From contig JBOHKI010000003.1 in NCBI GenBank assembly GCA_050728855.1, positions 43,894 to 107,893 on the forward strand: DNA of 64,000 bases. The letters run 5' to 3'. The number at the start of each line of letters is the position of its first letter. Position 1 is the first letter of the stretch. Positions 45,642 to 59,017 of the stretch are shown piece by piece. This DNA is from Rhizomicrobium sp. (lineage in GTDB: Bacteria > Pseudomonadota > Alphaproteobacteria > Micropepsales > Micropepsaceae). The position numbers were made by a program, and so were the translations under genes. The notes beneath the pieces were generated by a model, which saw only the letters and a program-made list of their open reading frames with translations, ran no database searches and was not told where the DNA came from.

Positions 45642-46532
45642 CTACGGTCCATCCACCGAATATCCCGCCTTGCGCAGCAGCGCGGGGACGCCGGAGGGGC
45701 CGGCGAGGTGGGCGGCGCCGACGGTGACGAAGAAGGTGTGGTTCTCGTCCAGCATCGCGCGCAGCCTGGCGACCCAGGCCGCGTTGCGGTCGTCGAGCAG
45801 TGCCTTCTTCACGCCGGGCTCTTTGGCGAGCTCGCCGTTCATCAGCCGGTCGATGGTACGGACGTCGCCATGCGACCAGGCGTCGGTGAGCGCGCCGATC
45901 TCGTCGGGCTGGCGCCGAAGCTGGCGCAGGTCGGCGACGAACTCGCCGATCGCCAGCCGCTCGTCCTTCGGCGCGATCAGCGAAAGCTGCTGGCCCACGG
46001 TCTCGAAGTAACGGACGGGACATCCCCGCGCTGTGGCGATGGCGAAGACCTGGCGGTCGATGCCGGACCCGGGATCGTAATGTTCCTGCTTCATCATCCC
46101 GACCTGCAGGATGAGCGAGGCGAGCCAGGGCTGCTTGTCGTCCAGCGCCTGCGCCGGCACGCCCGCCTTCTCGATCGCGAAGGCGTAGTCGGCCAATGCG
46201 CTTTTCGGCAGCAGGCGCGGTAGCGCTTCGCCCGGCGGCAGCAAGCCGTGCGCCGCCACGAAGGCGGACGCCTCCGCCTGGCCCGCCTTGTCCGTCGGCG
46301 CCTCGAACACGAAGACGCCGGAGGCCGCCATCGCCGCCTCGATCCGCGGCGTGCGCCAGGTGACGTCGGGCGGCAGCAGGTGCAGCGCGCCCAGCAGATA
46401 CACCGTCGCCGTCCCGCCATGCACGGTCCACAGCGCGGGATGCGCCGCGATCGCGCCGTGTGCCGGCTCGGCACGCGCCGGCGCGAGCGCGAAGAACGCG
46501 AGACAGGCGAGCAGAGCGAAGGCGCGCTTCAT
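45642..46532 (-). CDS. TraB/GumN family exported protein
   Basis: Signal peptide; PALWTV..TVYLLGALHLL, FETVGQQL, LLDDRNAAW, FVTVGAAHLAG. Confidence 0.88.
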   Translation of the reverse strand: MKRAFALLACLAFFALAPARAEPAHGAIAAHPALWTVHGGTATVYLLGALHLLPPDVTWRTPRIEAAMAASGVFVFEAPTDKAGQAEASAFVAAHGLLPPGEALPRLLPKSALADYAFAIEKAGVPAQALDDKQPWLASLILQVGMMKQEHYDPGSGIDRQVFAIATARGCPVRYFETVGQQLSLIAPKDERLAIGEFVADLRQLRRQPDEIGALTDAWSHGDVRTIDRLMNGELAKEPGVKKALLDDRNAAWVARLRAMLDENHTFFVTVGAAHLAGPSGVPALLRKAGYSVDGP

Positions 46533-47869
46533 CAGCGGTAGAAGAACGGCTTGCTCTTGTCGTTCAGGTCGCGGTAGCGGTCGCGCAGCCTGGTCTGGCG
46601 CGACACCAGCGCGATGTTCTCGCCCTTGATGAAGACCGCGGTGGGCGCGGCGAGGTTGAGCGGATCGCCGTCCCAGATCACCACGTCCGCGTCCTTGCCG
46701 GGCTCGAGCGTGCCGTAGCTGGAATCGATGCCCCAGATCCGCGCCGGGTTCGCGGTGATGGCGGCCAGCGCGTGATCCCACGGCATGCCGTTGGCCACCG
46801 CGTTGCCCGCGATCTGGCTCAGCGTGCGCGCGTATTGCGCCGGGTTGTCGTTCTGCGGCTGGAACGCGACGGTGACGCCCGCGGCGTCGAGCCGTGCGGC
46901 GCCCTTCAGCGTCGCGCCGAGATCGGAGAAGCTGGCCGGCAGATTGTTGTCGTTGTCCAGCACCACCGGCACATGCGCCGCCGCGAGTTCCTTCGCCACC
47001 TGCCACGCCTCGCCGCCGCCGGCCACGATCAGCCTGATCCGGTTCGCCTCGCAATAGGCGAGGATCTGGCGGATCGTGGATGCCCGCTCGACATGGACGA
47101 TGAGCGGCTCCTTGCCCTGGATCACCGGCGCCAGCGCGTCGAGATCGACCTTGTTGCTGCGCTGATCGCGCGCGCCGCCGGGCCGCCGGTAGCCGCCCCG
47201 CTGGGCGAGATATTCGCGCGCGTCGTCCAGCGTCTCGCGGAACTTCACCCAGATGTCGGGCCGCGAATTGGCCTGGTGCGCGCCGCCATTCGGTTCGAGT
47301 TCGACCAGGACGCCGGCCTGCTTCCTGTCGACGATGTCCGGCCCGTTGCCCAGATGGATGACGGTGGCGGTGCCGCAGAACACGTCGCCGCAATCGGCCG
47401 GTCCCGTCAGCGAGCGCGTCACGCCGGCGATGCGCGCCACCGGGATCAGCGTCGATTCCGGGTTCAGCGCGTCCGCCGTGTCGAAGGCGGCGCTGTCCTC
47501 CGCCTGGTTGGGCGCGCTGTCGTTGGTTTCGGAGACGAGCTGAACCTCCTCGATCCCCAGCTGCGTCCACGATGCCATCAGCCCCGGCGTGACCGGCCTG
47601 CCATGCGCGTCGATGATCGTGGCGCCCGGCGGCGGCGCGATGTTCGGCCCGACCTGCGCGATCTTGCCGTTCACGATCAGCACATCGGCATCGGCAAGCG
47701 TCCCCGCCGCGCCCACGGTGTAGACCTTGCCATGCTGGATGAGCGTCGCGGGCGTGAGCGGCGTGAACACGATGGTATGGTGTTCGCCGCCGCCGCCCGG
47801 CGCCTGCGCAGAGGCCGCACCGGCAAGCACCAGCGCGCAAACGGCGGAGAGGATCCATGAGCGGTTCAT
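46532..47869 (-). CDS. Exported amidohydrolase-fold protein, metal site degenerate
   Basis: TPGLMASWTQLG where the family has PG.ID.HxH; GTLEPGKDADVVIWDGDP retained. Confidence 0.85.
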   Translation of the reverse strand: MNRSWILSAVCALVLAGAASAQAPGGGGEHHTIVFTPLTPATLIQHGKVYTVGAAGTLADADVLIVNGKIAQVGPNIAPPPGATIIDAHGRPVTPGLMASWTQLGIEEVQLVSETNDSAPNQAEDSAAFDTADALNPESTLIPVARIAGVTRSLTGPADCGDVFCGTATVIHLGNGPDIVDRKQAGVLVELEPNGGAHQANSRPDIWVKFRETLDDAREYLAQRGGYRRPGGARDQRSNKVDLDALAPVIQGKEPLIVHVERASTIRQILAYCEANRIRLIVAGGGEAWQVAKELAAAHVPVVLDNDNNLPASFSDLGATLKGAARLDAAGVTVAFQPQNDNPAQYARTLSQIAGNAVANGMPWDHALAAITANPARIWGIDSSYGTLEPGKDADVVIWDGDPLNLAAPTAVFIKGENIALVSRQTRLRDRYRDLNDKSKPFFYR

Positions 47870-49302
47870 TGTCCTGCTCCTCCGGTGTTGGCGTTGTCTT
47901 CCTGGCCAAGCTCGAAGTCGCTGCGCGGGCTCATCTTGGGATTGTCGCGGTCGAACAGCAGCGCGCCGTCGATGAACACCTTCTCCGCATGGGTGTAGAC
48001 GCTGAACGGATCGCCGTCCCACAGCACCACGTCGGCCTCCTTGCCGGGCTCGAGCGTTCCGACCTTGTCGAGGATGCCGAGCGCCATCGCCGGATTGCGC
48101 GTCATCCACGCCACCGCATGGGCGCGCGGAATGTCGTAGCCCATGCGGCGCCCGGACAGCATCGCCTTGGCGACCTCCTGGTTGAGGCGCTGGATGCCGA
48201 TGGGATCGTCGGAGTGGATGGTGGCGCAGGCGCCCGCGTGATCCACCATCGCGATGTTCTCCGGGATGCCGTCATAGGCTTCCATCTTGAAGCCCCACCA
48301 ATCCGCCCACATCACCGCGCAGATGTGGTTCTTCTTCAGCAGGTCCGCGATCTTGTAGGCCTCGGCAGCGTGGTGGAATGCGGCGATGCGGAAGCCGAAC
48401 TCGTGCGACACGTCGATCATGGTCGCCATCTGGTCGGAGCGGTAGCAATGCATCTGTACCGGGATCTGCCTGTCGAGCACGAGGGCCAGCGTCTCCAGCC
48501 CGATGTCGCGCGCCGGCGCGTCGCCCTTGCTGCCGCCCTTCCAGTATTTGCGCCAGACCTCGCGGTATTCGCGCGCCTTCTCGAACGCCGCGCGATAGCC
48601 GGCGACGTTGCCCATCATCGTCTGCGGCCCGCCCTTCTCGCCATAGACGCGCTTGGGGTTCTCGCCGCACGCCATCTTCAGGTCGTAGGGCGCGCCGGGA
48701 AACTTCATCGCCTGCGTCGTGATCGCCGGCACGTTCTTGAGCACCACCGAGCGGCCGCCGATCAGGTTCGCCGAGCCCGGAAGGATCTCCATCGCCGTCA
48801 CGCCGCCCGCCAGCGCGCGGGTGAAGCCGGGATCCTGCGGCCACACGGAATTCTCGCTGCGCACTTCGGGCGTCGTCGGCTTGGTGGCCTCGTTGCCGTC
48901 CTGCGTCGCCTCGTTGGACGGCGACGGGTAGACCCCCAAATGCGAATGGATGTCGATGATTCCCGGCGTCACGAACTTGTTGGCGCCGTCGATCACCACG
49001 CCGCCTTCCGGCACCGCCAGATGCTGGCCCACCGCCACGATCTTGCCGTCCCGCATCAGCACGCCGCCGTGATCGATCTCCTTGTCCGTCGCCGTCAGCA
49101 CGGTGGCGTTGCGGATCAGCGTCGGCCTGGACGGCAGCGGCTTGTAGGTGGAGGGGAACTCATCGTTGGGGAAGTGATCGGCGATTTTGGCGCTGTCGCC
49201 GGTCGGCTTGTGAAACCCCGGCAGGATCGCCCAGGCGGCGACCAGCGTGACCACGACGATGGCGGCCGCGCCCCAGGTGGGCAGCGTTTTGTTCGGATCC
49301 AT
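47866..49302 (-). CDS. Exported/anchored amidohydrolase
   Basis: TPGIIDIHSHLG (HxH), KMACGENPKRVYG, HCYR, FHHA, IHSDD, GTLEPGKEAD. Confidence 0.9.
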   Translation of the reverse strand: MDPNKTLPTWGAAAIVVVTLVAAWAILPGFHKPTGDSAKIADHFPNDEFPSTYKPLPSRPTLIRNATVLTATDKEIDHGGVLMRDGKIVAVGQHLAVPEGGVVIDGANKFVTPGIIDIHSHLGVYPSPSNEATQDGNEATKPTTPEVRSENSVWPQDPGFTRALAGGVTAMEILPGSANLIGGRSVVLKNVPAITTQAMKFPGAPYDLKMACGENPKRVYGEKGGPQTMMGNVAGYRAAFEKAREYREVWRKYWKGGSKGDAPARDIGLETLALVLDRQIPVQMHCYRSDQMATMIDVSHEFGFRIAAFHHAAEAYKIADLLKKNHICAVMWADWWGFKMEAYDGIPENIAMVDHAGACATIHSDDPIGIQRLNQEVAKAMLSGRRMGYDIPRAHAVAWMTRNPAMALGILDKVGTLEPGKEADVVLWDGDPFSVYTHAEKVFIDGALLFDRDNPKMSPRSDFELGQEDNANTGGAGQ

Positions 49303-49356
49303 GCGATTCCCCTCGCTCAGGCGGCCACCATCGCGCGCGAGTCGCGGGCTGGCAAA

Positions 49357-49641
49357 TCACTTATCCTCGCCGAAACGGGCTTCCACAAGCGCGACCATGG
49401 CGGTGATGGCGTCCTCGGCATCGTCGCCCACGGCCTCGATGTCGATATCCTTGCCGAGACCCGCGCCCAGCATCATCAAGTCGAGGATCGAATCGGCATC
49501 CACCGTCTCGCCGCCGTAGGAGATGGTGATGTGCGACTTGAAGCGCGCGGTCGCTTCCACGATCTTGGCGGAGGCGCGGGCGTGCAGTCCCTTCTCGTTG
49601 ACGATGCGGGCGCGGGCGCGATGCCGCTCGGGCTCGTCCAC
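49357..49641 (-). CDS. ptsH: HPr/NPr phosphocarrier protein
   Basis: IVNEKGLHARASAK (His15), ADSILDLMMLGA (Ser46 equivalent); GTG start 2 nt after the EIIA stop. Confidence 0.88.
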   Translation of the reverse strand: MDEPERHRARARIVNEKGLHARASAKIVEATARFKSHITISYGGETVDADSILDLMMLGAGLGKDIDIEAVGDDAEDAITAMVALVEARFGEDK

Positions 49642-49643
49642 GT

Positions 49644-50051
49644 TCAGCCGACTCCGGCCGGCAGATCCGCGGAACCGGCCCGCATGTATTTCCGACCTGC
49701 CTCGATGGCCACCTGCACGGCCTGCTCCAGCGGCAGCTTGTTGCGCACGTCGACGAGCTTGATCAGGCCGGGCAGGTTGACGCCCGCGAACACCTCGATC
49801 TTGCCGGGCGACAGAAGCGTCAGGGCCAGGTTGCACGGCGTGCCGCCATACATGTCCGTTGCGAGCACGACGCCACGTCCGAGATCGACGGATTTGGCGG
49901 CCGCCGCGATCTCGCGCTGCCGGCGTTCAATGTCGTCCTCGGGTCCGATACACACGGCGCGCAGATGGCCTTGCGGGCCCTTGATGTGCTCCATCGCCGC
50001 GATGAATTCCTGCGCAAGGCGGCCATGGGTGACGAGAACGATGCCGATCAT
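49644..50051 (-). CDS. manX: PTS EIIA, mannose-type (ManX)
   Basis: MIGIVLVTHGRLA, TDMYGGTPCN, GVNLP.LIKL. Confidence 0.85.
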   Translation of the reverse strand: MIGIVLVTHGRLAQEFIAAMEHIKGPQGHLRAVCIGPEDDIERRQREIAAAAKSVDLGRGVVLATDMYGGTPCNLALTLLSPGKIEVFAGVNLPGLIKLVDVRNKLPLEQAVQVAIEAGRKYMRAGSADLPAGVG

Positions 50052-50125
50052 ACTGTCCGTGTCGCGGAAAGGCGCCGAACGATAGCAATCCGCGCGCGCC
50101 ATGGAAGGATCAAATTTGCGGGTTC

Positions 50126-51721
50126 TTACTTGACATCGCCGGAGAGCGGCAGTTCGACCACGAAGCGCGCGCCGCCCTCGCGGCGGTTTTCCGCCCAGAT
50201 GCGCCCGCCGAGGCCCGTGGCGATCTGCCGGGCGATGGGAAGGCCGAGACCTGAATTTGCGCCGAAGCCATGCTCGGCCGGGCGCTCGGTATAGAAACGG
50301 TCGAAGATCGATTCCAGGTTTTCCGGCGGAATGCCTGGTCCTTCGTCGTCCACGGTGACGCGCGCGCTTTGTCCCTCGGCGACCGCCGCGATCGTCACCT
50401 TGCCGGCCGCGGCGCTGAACGACATGGCGTTGTCGATCAGGTTGCGGAAGATCTGTCCCAGCCTCTCGTCGCGCCCGATGACGGTGGCGCCCGGAGGCAG
50501 GTCCACGCTCAGTGCGATCTCGGTGCCCTTGAGATCGTGGGTGATGCGGTAGATGTCCACGATGGTTTCGAGCAGATGGGCGAGGTCGACAGGCTCGGTG
50601 GCCTCCCGGCTCAGTTCGGCGTCGAGACGCGAGGCGTCTGATATGTCGGTGATCAGCCGGTCGATGCGCTTCACGTCGTCGCGCACGATCGCCATCATCC
50701 GCGTACGTCCATCGTCATCGCGGGCGCGCGACAGCATCTCCACCGCGCTCTTTAGCGAGGTGAGCGGGTTTTTCAGTTCGTGCGCCACGTCGGCCGCGAA
50801 GCTTTCGATCGCGTCAATGCGGGCATAGAGCGCGTTGGTCATCGCGATCAGGGTTTCGGACAGGTCGCCGATCTCGTCGTTGCGCTCGGCGAGCGAGGGA
50901 ATGGTCTCGCGCCCGGCGCGCCCGCGCCGCACACGGTCCGCCGCGCCGGCCAGCCGCTGGATGGGCTCGGCAATAGTGCCTGACAGATAGAGCGAGGAGA
51001 TCACCATCACCGTGAAGGCGATGAGGAACACTTCGATCAGGGTGGCCCGCTCCTGGCGCAGGATGCCGTCGATATCCCCGCCCTCGGTCGAGACCATCAG
51101 CACGCCATAGATCGCCTTGAAGCGCTGCACCGGCACGGCGACGGAAAGGATCAGCCGGTTCTGCTCGTCGACGCGTTCCGCCGCGGCGACGTCGCCATTG
51201 AGCGCCGCGTTGACCTCGGCATAGACACGGCCGTTCTTGCCCGCCTCGAAATACGGCTCAAGGCTCTCGAACGGGCGCACGCCCATCACGCCGTCATAGA
51301 CGCGGCGGATGGCGGCGCCGGTGCGGCTCCAGAAATCGATTGGCGGAAGCTCGGCGACCTGTACGACATTGCGGGCCAGCAGGTTGCGCGTGTCGATGAG
51401 GAGCTGGCCGTTGGTGCCGTAGAGCCGGGCGCGCAGCTTGGTGGGGGCGATGAGCTGGCGCAGCAGCGGGCGGGCCTGCTCGATGTTGATGGTGCGGGTG
51501 TCGGCGTTGGCGGTGTATTCGGCGAGCGTGCCGGCGACGATCAGCGATTGCAGCCGGATGCCCGAGAGCCGTTCGTCGACCAGGTCCGCGCTGTTGGATT
51601 GAACCACCAGCACGCAGGCGATCAGCACGACGAGCGCAACCGCATTGAACAGAATGATGCGCAGGGAAAGCGCGGAGAAACGTCCGCGGGTCTGTTCGGC
51701 GGAGCGGCTGAAGAGGGCCAG
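50126..51721 (-). CDS. chvG: Sensor histidine kinase ChvG/ExoS (start probably non-canonical CTG at 51721)
   Basis: TM1 LRIILFNAVALVVL, periplasmic domain, HAMP, FAADVAHELKNPLTS, LIDNA, DDEGPG, GLGLPI; downstream of chvI. Confidence 0.88.
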   Translation of the reverse strand: MALFSRSAEQTRGRFSALSLRIILFNAVALVVLIACVLVVQSNSADLVDERLSGIRLQSLIVAGTLAEYTANADTRTINIEQARPLLRQLIAPTKLRARLYGTNGQLLIDTRNLLARNVVQVAELPPIDFWSRTGAAIRRVYDGVMGVRPFESLEPYFEAGKNGRVYAEVNAALNGDVAAAERVDEQNRLILSVAVPVQRFKAIYGVLMVSTEGGDIDGILRQERATLIEVFLIAFTVMVISSLYLSGTIAEPIQRLAGAADRVRRGRAGRETIPSLAERNDEIGDLSETLIAMTNALYARIDAIESFAADVAHELKNPLTSLKSAVEMLSRARDDDGRTRMMAIVRDDVKRIDRLITDISDASRLDAELSREATEPVDLAHLLETIVDIYRITHDLKGTEIALSVDLPPGATVIGRDERLGQIFRNLIDNAMSFSAAAGKVTIAAVAEGQSARVTVDDEGPGIPPENLESIFDRFYTERPAEHGFGANSGLGLPIARQIATGLGGRIWAENRREGGARFVVELPLSGDVK

Positions 51722-51723
51722 CG

Positions 51724-52425
51724 TCAGGCTTCCTTGTAGCGGTAACCCACGCCGTAGAGAGTCTCGATGGCGTCGAAATTGTCGTCCACCGCCTTGAACT
51801 TCTTGCGCAGGCGCTTGATGTGGCTGTCGATGGTGCGGTCGTCGACATAGACCTGGTCGTCATAGGCCGCGTCCATGAGGTTGTCGCGGCTCTTCACGAA
51901 GCCGGGGCGCTGGGCGAGGCTTTGGAGGATGAGGAACTCGGTGACGGTAAGCCTCACCGGCTTGCCCTCCCAGGTGCATTCGTGGCGCAGCGGATCGAGC
52001 GCGAGTTTGCCGCGCGTCAGCGCCTCCTTCTTCTGCTCTCCGGGTGTCGGCGGGACTTTGTGATGCTCGTTGCGGCGCAGCACCGCCTTCACCCGCTCCA
52101 GAAGCAGCCGCTGGGAGAAGGGTTTGCGGATGTAGTCGTCGGCGCCGGCATTGAGCCCCATCAACTCGTCGATCTCCTCGTCCTTGGAGGTGAGGAAGAT
52201 CACAGGAAGGTCACCGTTCTGTCGAAGCCGCCGCAGCAATTCGAGCCCGTCCATGCGCGGCATCTTGATGTCGAGGACTGCGAGGTCGGGCGGGGCGGAA
52301 GACAGGCCGGCCAGGGCGGCGGCGCCGTCCGAGAAGGTGCGGACCGTGTAGCCTTCCTGCTCCAGAAGCATGCTGACGGAGGCCAGGATATTCTTGTCGT
52401 CGTCGACGAGTGCGATGGTCGCCAT
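51724..52425 (-). CDS. chvI: Response regulator ChvI
   Basis: [61 protein letters not shown]. Confidence 0.95.
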   Translation of the reverse strand: MATIALVDDDKNILASVSMLLEQEGYTVRTFSDGAAALAGLSSAPPDLAVLDIKMPRMDGLELLRRLRQNGDLPVIFLTSKDEEIDELMGLNAGADDYIRKPFSQRLLLERVKAVLRRNEHHKVPPTPGEQKKEALTRGKLALDPLRHECTWEGKPVRLTVTEFLILQSLAQRPGFVKSRDNLMDAAYDDQVYVDDRTIDSHIKRLRKKFKAVDDNFDAIETLYGVGYRYKEA

Positions 52426-52486
52426 GGTACTCCCCCAGCGGGCAGGCGTTAGTATAGGGAGAAGATGTCCAAATCAAAGCAAAGCC

Positions 52487-53302
52487 ATGGCAGAACCTGT
52501 CCCGACCGATAATCCCGATTCCTATGAGCCACGCCGCTTCCGGACGACGGTCCCCTATTACGCGCGCTACCGTCTGGCCTATCCGCCGGAGCTGATCGCC
52601 CGGGTGATCCAGACCGTAGGCCTCAAGCCCGGCGATGCCGTGATGGATCTGGGTTGCGGCCCCGGCCCGATCGCCATTCTGCTGGCGCAGGCCGGCATGG
52701 CTGTCACCGCGGTCGATCCTGAGCCAGACATGCTCGCCGCCGCCGGCGCGGCCGCCCGCGAGGCCGGGGTCGCAATCGAATCCCGCGCCGGGAGCTCCTT
52801 CGACATGCCCAGGGGCATCGGTCCGTTCAAGCTCGTGACCATGGGGCGCTCGTTCCACTGGATGGACCGGGAGGCCACGCTCAGGACACTCGATTCGCTG
52901 ATCGCTCCCGGCGGCGCGATCGCGCTGCTGCACGACGAACATCCGCGCACCGCGGAAAACGCCTGGCGCCTGGTTCTTCGCGATATCGGCAACAAATACG
53001 GCCGCGAAAGCTCACCCCACGTCCAGGCCATGGCAAGCCCGGGATATCGCAAGCACGAATCCCTGCTGCTGGACTCGCCGTTCAACCGCCTCGAGCACCT
53101 CGGGATCTTCGTCAAGCGTCAGATCACCGCCGATCATATCGTGGGGCTGGCCTATTCGCTCTCCACGACCGCACCGCAGAAGCTCGGCGACCGCGCGCCC
53201 GCCTTCGAAAAGGAGTTGCGCGACGCGCTTGCGGCCCTGTCGCCGGACGGCCGCTTCACGGAGATCGCCGAACCGCTCGCGCTGGTGGCGCGGCGAAGCT
53301 AG
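52487..53302 (+). CDS. Class I SAM-dependent methyltransferase
   Basis: [35 protein letters not shown]. Confidence 0.88.
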   Translation: MAEPVPTDNPDSYEPRRFRTTVPYYARYRLAYPPELIARVIQTVGLKPGDAVMDLGCGPGPIAILLAQAGMAVTAVDPEPDMLAAAGAAAREAGVAIESRAGSSFDMPRGIGPFKLVTMGRSFHWMDREATLRTLDSLIAPGGAIALLHDEHPRTAENAWRLVLRDIGNKYGRESSPHVQAMASPGYRKHESLLLDSPFNRLEHLGIFVKRQITADHIVGLAYSLSTTAPQKLGDRAPAFEKELRDALAALSPDGRFTEIAEPLALVARRS

Positions 53303-53772
53303 TGAAACTCGACCTTCAGGATCTCGTAGCTCCGCGCGCCGCCTGGGGCGGCGACTTCCACCGTGTCGCCTTTTGACTTGCCGATGAGGGCGCGGGCGAT
53401 AGGCGAGGAGATCGAGATGCGGCCCTTCTTGGCATCGGATTCCAGATCGCCGACAAGCTGGAACTTGCGCTTCTCATCTGTGTCTTCGTCCACCAGCGTC
53501 ACGGTCGCCCCGAATTTCACCGTCGTGCCGGACATCTTGGACACGTCGATGACCTCGGCGCGGCCGATGGAGTCCTCGAGCTCGATGACACGGCCCTCGA
53601 TGAAGGCCTGGCGTTCCTTGGCCGCGTGATATTCGGCGTTCTCGGACAGATCGCCATGCGCGCGCGCTTCGGCGATGTGCTTGATGATGTCGTGGCGTTC
53701 GACATTCTTCAGGTGGTTGAGTTCGTCCTCGAGGGCCTTGTGGCCCGCGGCGGTCATCGGAATGCGTTCCAT
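53299..53772 (-). CDS. greA: Transcription elongation factor GreA
   Basis: [35 protein letters not shown]. Confidence 0.96.
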   Translation of the reverse strand: MERIPMTAAGHKALEDELNHLKNVERHDIIKHIAEARAHGDLSENAEYHAAKERQAFIEGRVIELEDSIGRAEVIDVSKMSGTTVKFGATVTLVDEDTDEKRKFQLVGDLESDAKKGRISISSPIARALIGKSKGDTVEVAAPGGARSYEILKVEFH

Positions 53773-53908
53773 GGAAATCCCTGGTCCTGCGCAACGGCAA
53801 AGACGCTCCCGCCGGCCGTCCCTTCGGGAACGCGGCCGATGCGAACGTGGCACTTTGCCCTAAATCGTTGATTCGCCTAGGCGTTTATCCCGCTCATCGG
53901 CGAATACG

Positions 53909-57250
<3,342 letters not shown>

Positions 57251-57390
57251 CGTCTCTCGCGTGCGGACAGAAGCGCGCCCGGCCGGGGCGCCCTTGGTCC
57301 GTTCAGATTGCAGGTTAAGGGGATCGTTTAGAGGCGGGGGGAGCCAGTATCAACCCTCTTAAGGGCAAGATGTGGCATTAACTCACAGTG

Positions 57391-57972
57391 ATGACCCGAA
57401 CGACCCTCTACAAAGGCGTCTATTTTGCCATGCTTGGCGGCGGGGCCCTCTTGGCAGGGGCCATCTTGCTGCATTTCCGCGCTTCCCCTGTGGCTTTGGC
57501 CACGGTGATTTTGGCGGCGCTGATTCCCGGCCGAATCCTCGGCTTCTTCTGGCGGGACTTACTGCGCGGGCTGCGGCTTCTGAACGCGAAAGACTACGCC
57601 GCGTCGAAATTCCATTTGGAGCGATTTCTCGAATATTTCCGCGGGCACCGCTGGATCCGGCATCTCATCTGGCTCGGGTCCAGCACCTATTCGCGCAATC
57701 CGGAGGTGCTCGCCCTCAACAATCTCGGCGCGGCGGAAATTGGGCTGGGCCAACTCGACCTTGCGCGCGCGCATCTGAATGCCGTAGTCGCTTTGGATCC
57801 GCTCTGCCCACTGCCTTTCTACAATCTGGGTGTGCTGGCCGGCGCGCAAGGCGACATGGCAGAGCAGGAACGCTGCTTCATGCAAGCCTGGCGCCTTGGG
57901 TATCGGAACAGTGTCATCGATAAGATCGTGCGCGCCTCGCAAAATCGATTCGCAAACACGGACGGGCGTTAA
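57391..57972 (+). CDS. Membrane-anchored TPR-like protein
   Basis: Two N-terminal TM segments; ALNNLGAAEIGLGQLDLA and PFYNLGVLA TPR helices; codon usage more AT-rich than flanks. Confidence 0.65.
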   Translation: MTRTTLYKGVYFAMLGGGALLAGAILLHFRASPVALATVILAALIPGRILGFFWRDLLRGLRLLNAKDYAASKFHLERFLEYFRGHRWIRHLIWLGSSTYSRNPEVLALNNLGAAEIGLGQLDLARAHLNAVVALDPLCPLPFYNLGVLAGAQGDMAEQERCFMQAWRLGYRNSVIDKIVRASQNRFANTDGR

Positions 57973-57973
57973 G

Positions 57974-59017
57974 CTAACTCCGCCACTTGAGCACACGCTC
58001 CTGGATCGGGTTGACAAACGGTGCGCCGCTGGCAGTCGAGTCCGCCCAGGCTTTCTTCAGGCGATGATACCACATTGCCGGAACGTCGGAGTCCTGGATC
58101 AGCATCAGGGACGGATTGAACTTCAATCCCTCGCGCTGGAGTTCAACGATCTTGCGGTCGTCGCCGAGAAAGGTGGGGCCGATGGCGTCGAAGAACGGCT
58201 TCACGAACCACATCCAGGCGGGCCAGTAGAAGATCTGCGTCACCTGCGTGCTGTCCGCATCGAGCGGCGTGCAGACGGTGAGGCCGCTCACCTTGAAGGT
58301 CCGCCCCAGTACGACGCCATCAATGTTCTCGAAGCGGGTGGAGGGCAGTTCGAAGGTGATCTCGGTCGACACGTTGGCGCCGAGCAGGCCGTAGACCGGC
58401 TTGGTCGGCTTGTGGCGTGTCATGATGAAGCCGTTTGACAGCGGCGCGTAGTGCTTCACCTTTTCGCGCGGCGTCTTGTGCCACCACCAATGGGCATGGA
58501 CATAAGGTCCGTGCGCCGGGTCCATCAATCCGATGACGGCGTGGTCTATGCCGCAGGGAAACCGCTGGCTCTCCACCCAGCGTGGCGCCGCGTCCGGGAT
58601 TGGCACGCGGGGCGGTTCGCCTCTGGGCGCCTCGCGCTCGTTCGCCGCCATATAGACCCAGATCAGCCCGTCCTGCTCGCGGAGCGGGTAGTGGCGCACG
58701 CGGATTCGTCCGGCCTCGAGGTCCTGCCCTTCGGCCGTGGACGGGATGAGCGCGCACGCGCCGTCCGCCCGGAAGCGCCAGCCATGGTAGGGGCACTCGA
58801 CGGTGTTCTCCGGCATGACACGGCCGGCGGAGAGCGGCACGCCGCGATGCGGACAGATGTCGCGCAGCGCGAAGGCTTCGCCGTTCTTCATGCGCCCAAG
58901 AAGCACCGGCTCGCCCAGCAGCATCTGGCGCTTGAGCTGGCCCGCCCGCACATCGCGCGCCAGCGCGGCCATGTACCAGCTGTCGCGCAGAAATGGATCG
59001 TCGCCGGCCGCGCTCAT
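57974..59017 (-). CDS. Rieske non-heme iron oxygenase alpha subunit (VanA-like group)
   Basis: CPHRG..ECPYHGWRF (Rieske) and DPAHGPYVH (mononuclear Fe). Confidence 0.9.
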   Translation of the reverse strand: MSAAGDDPFLRDSWYMAALARDVRAGQLKRQMLLGEPVLLGRMKNGEAFALRDICPHRGVPLSAGRVMPENTVECPYHGWRFRADGACALIPSTAEGQDLEAGRIRVRHYPLREQDGLIWVYMAANEREAPRGEPPRVPIPDAAPRWVESQRFPCGIDHAVIGLMDPAHGPYVHAHWWWHKTPREKVKHYAPLSNGFIMTRHKPTKPVYGLLGANVSTEITFELPSTRFENIDGVVLGRTFKVSGLTVCTPLDADSTQVTQIFYWPAWMWFVKPFFDAIGPTFLGDDRKIVELQREGLKFNPSLMLIQDSDVPAMWYHRLKKAWADSTASGAPFVNPIQERVLKWRS

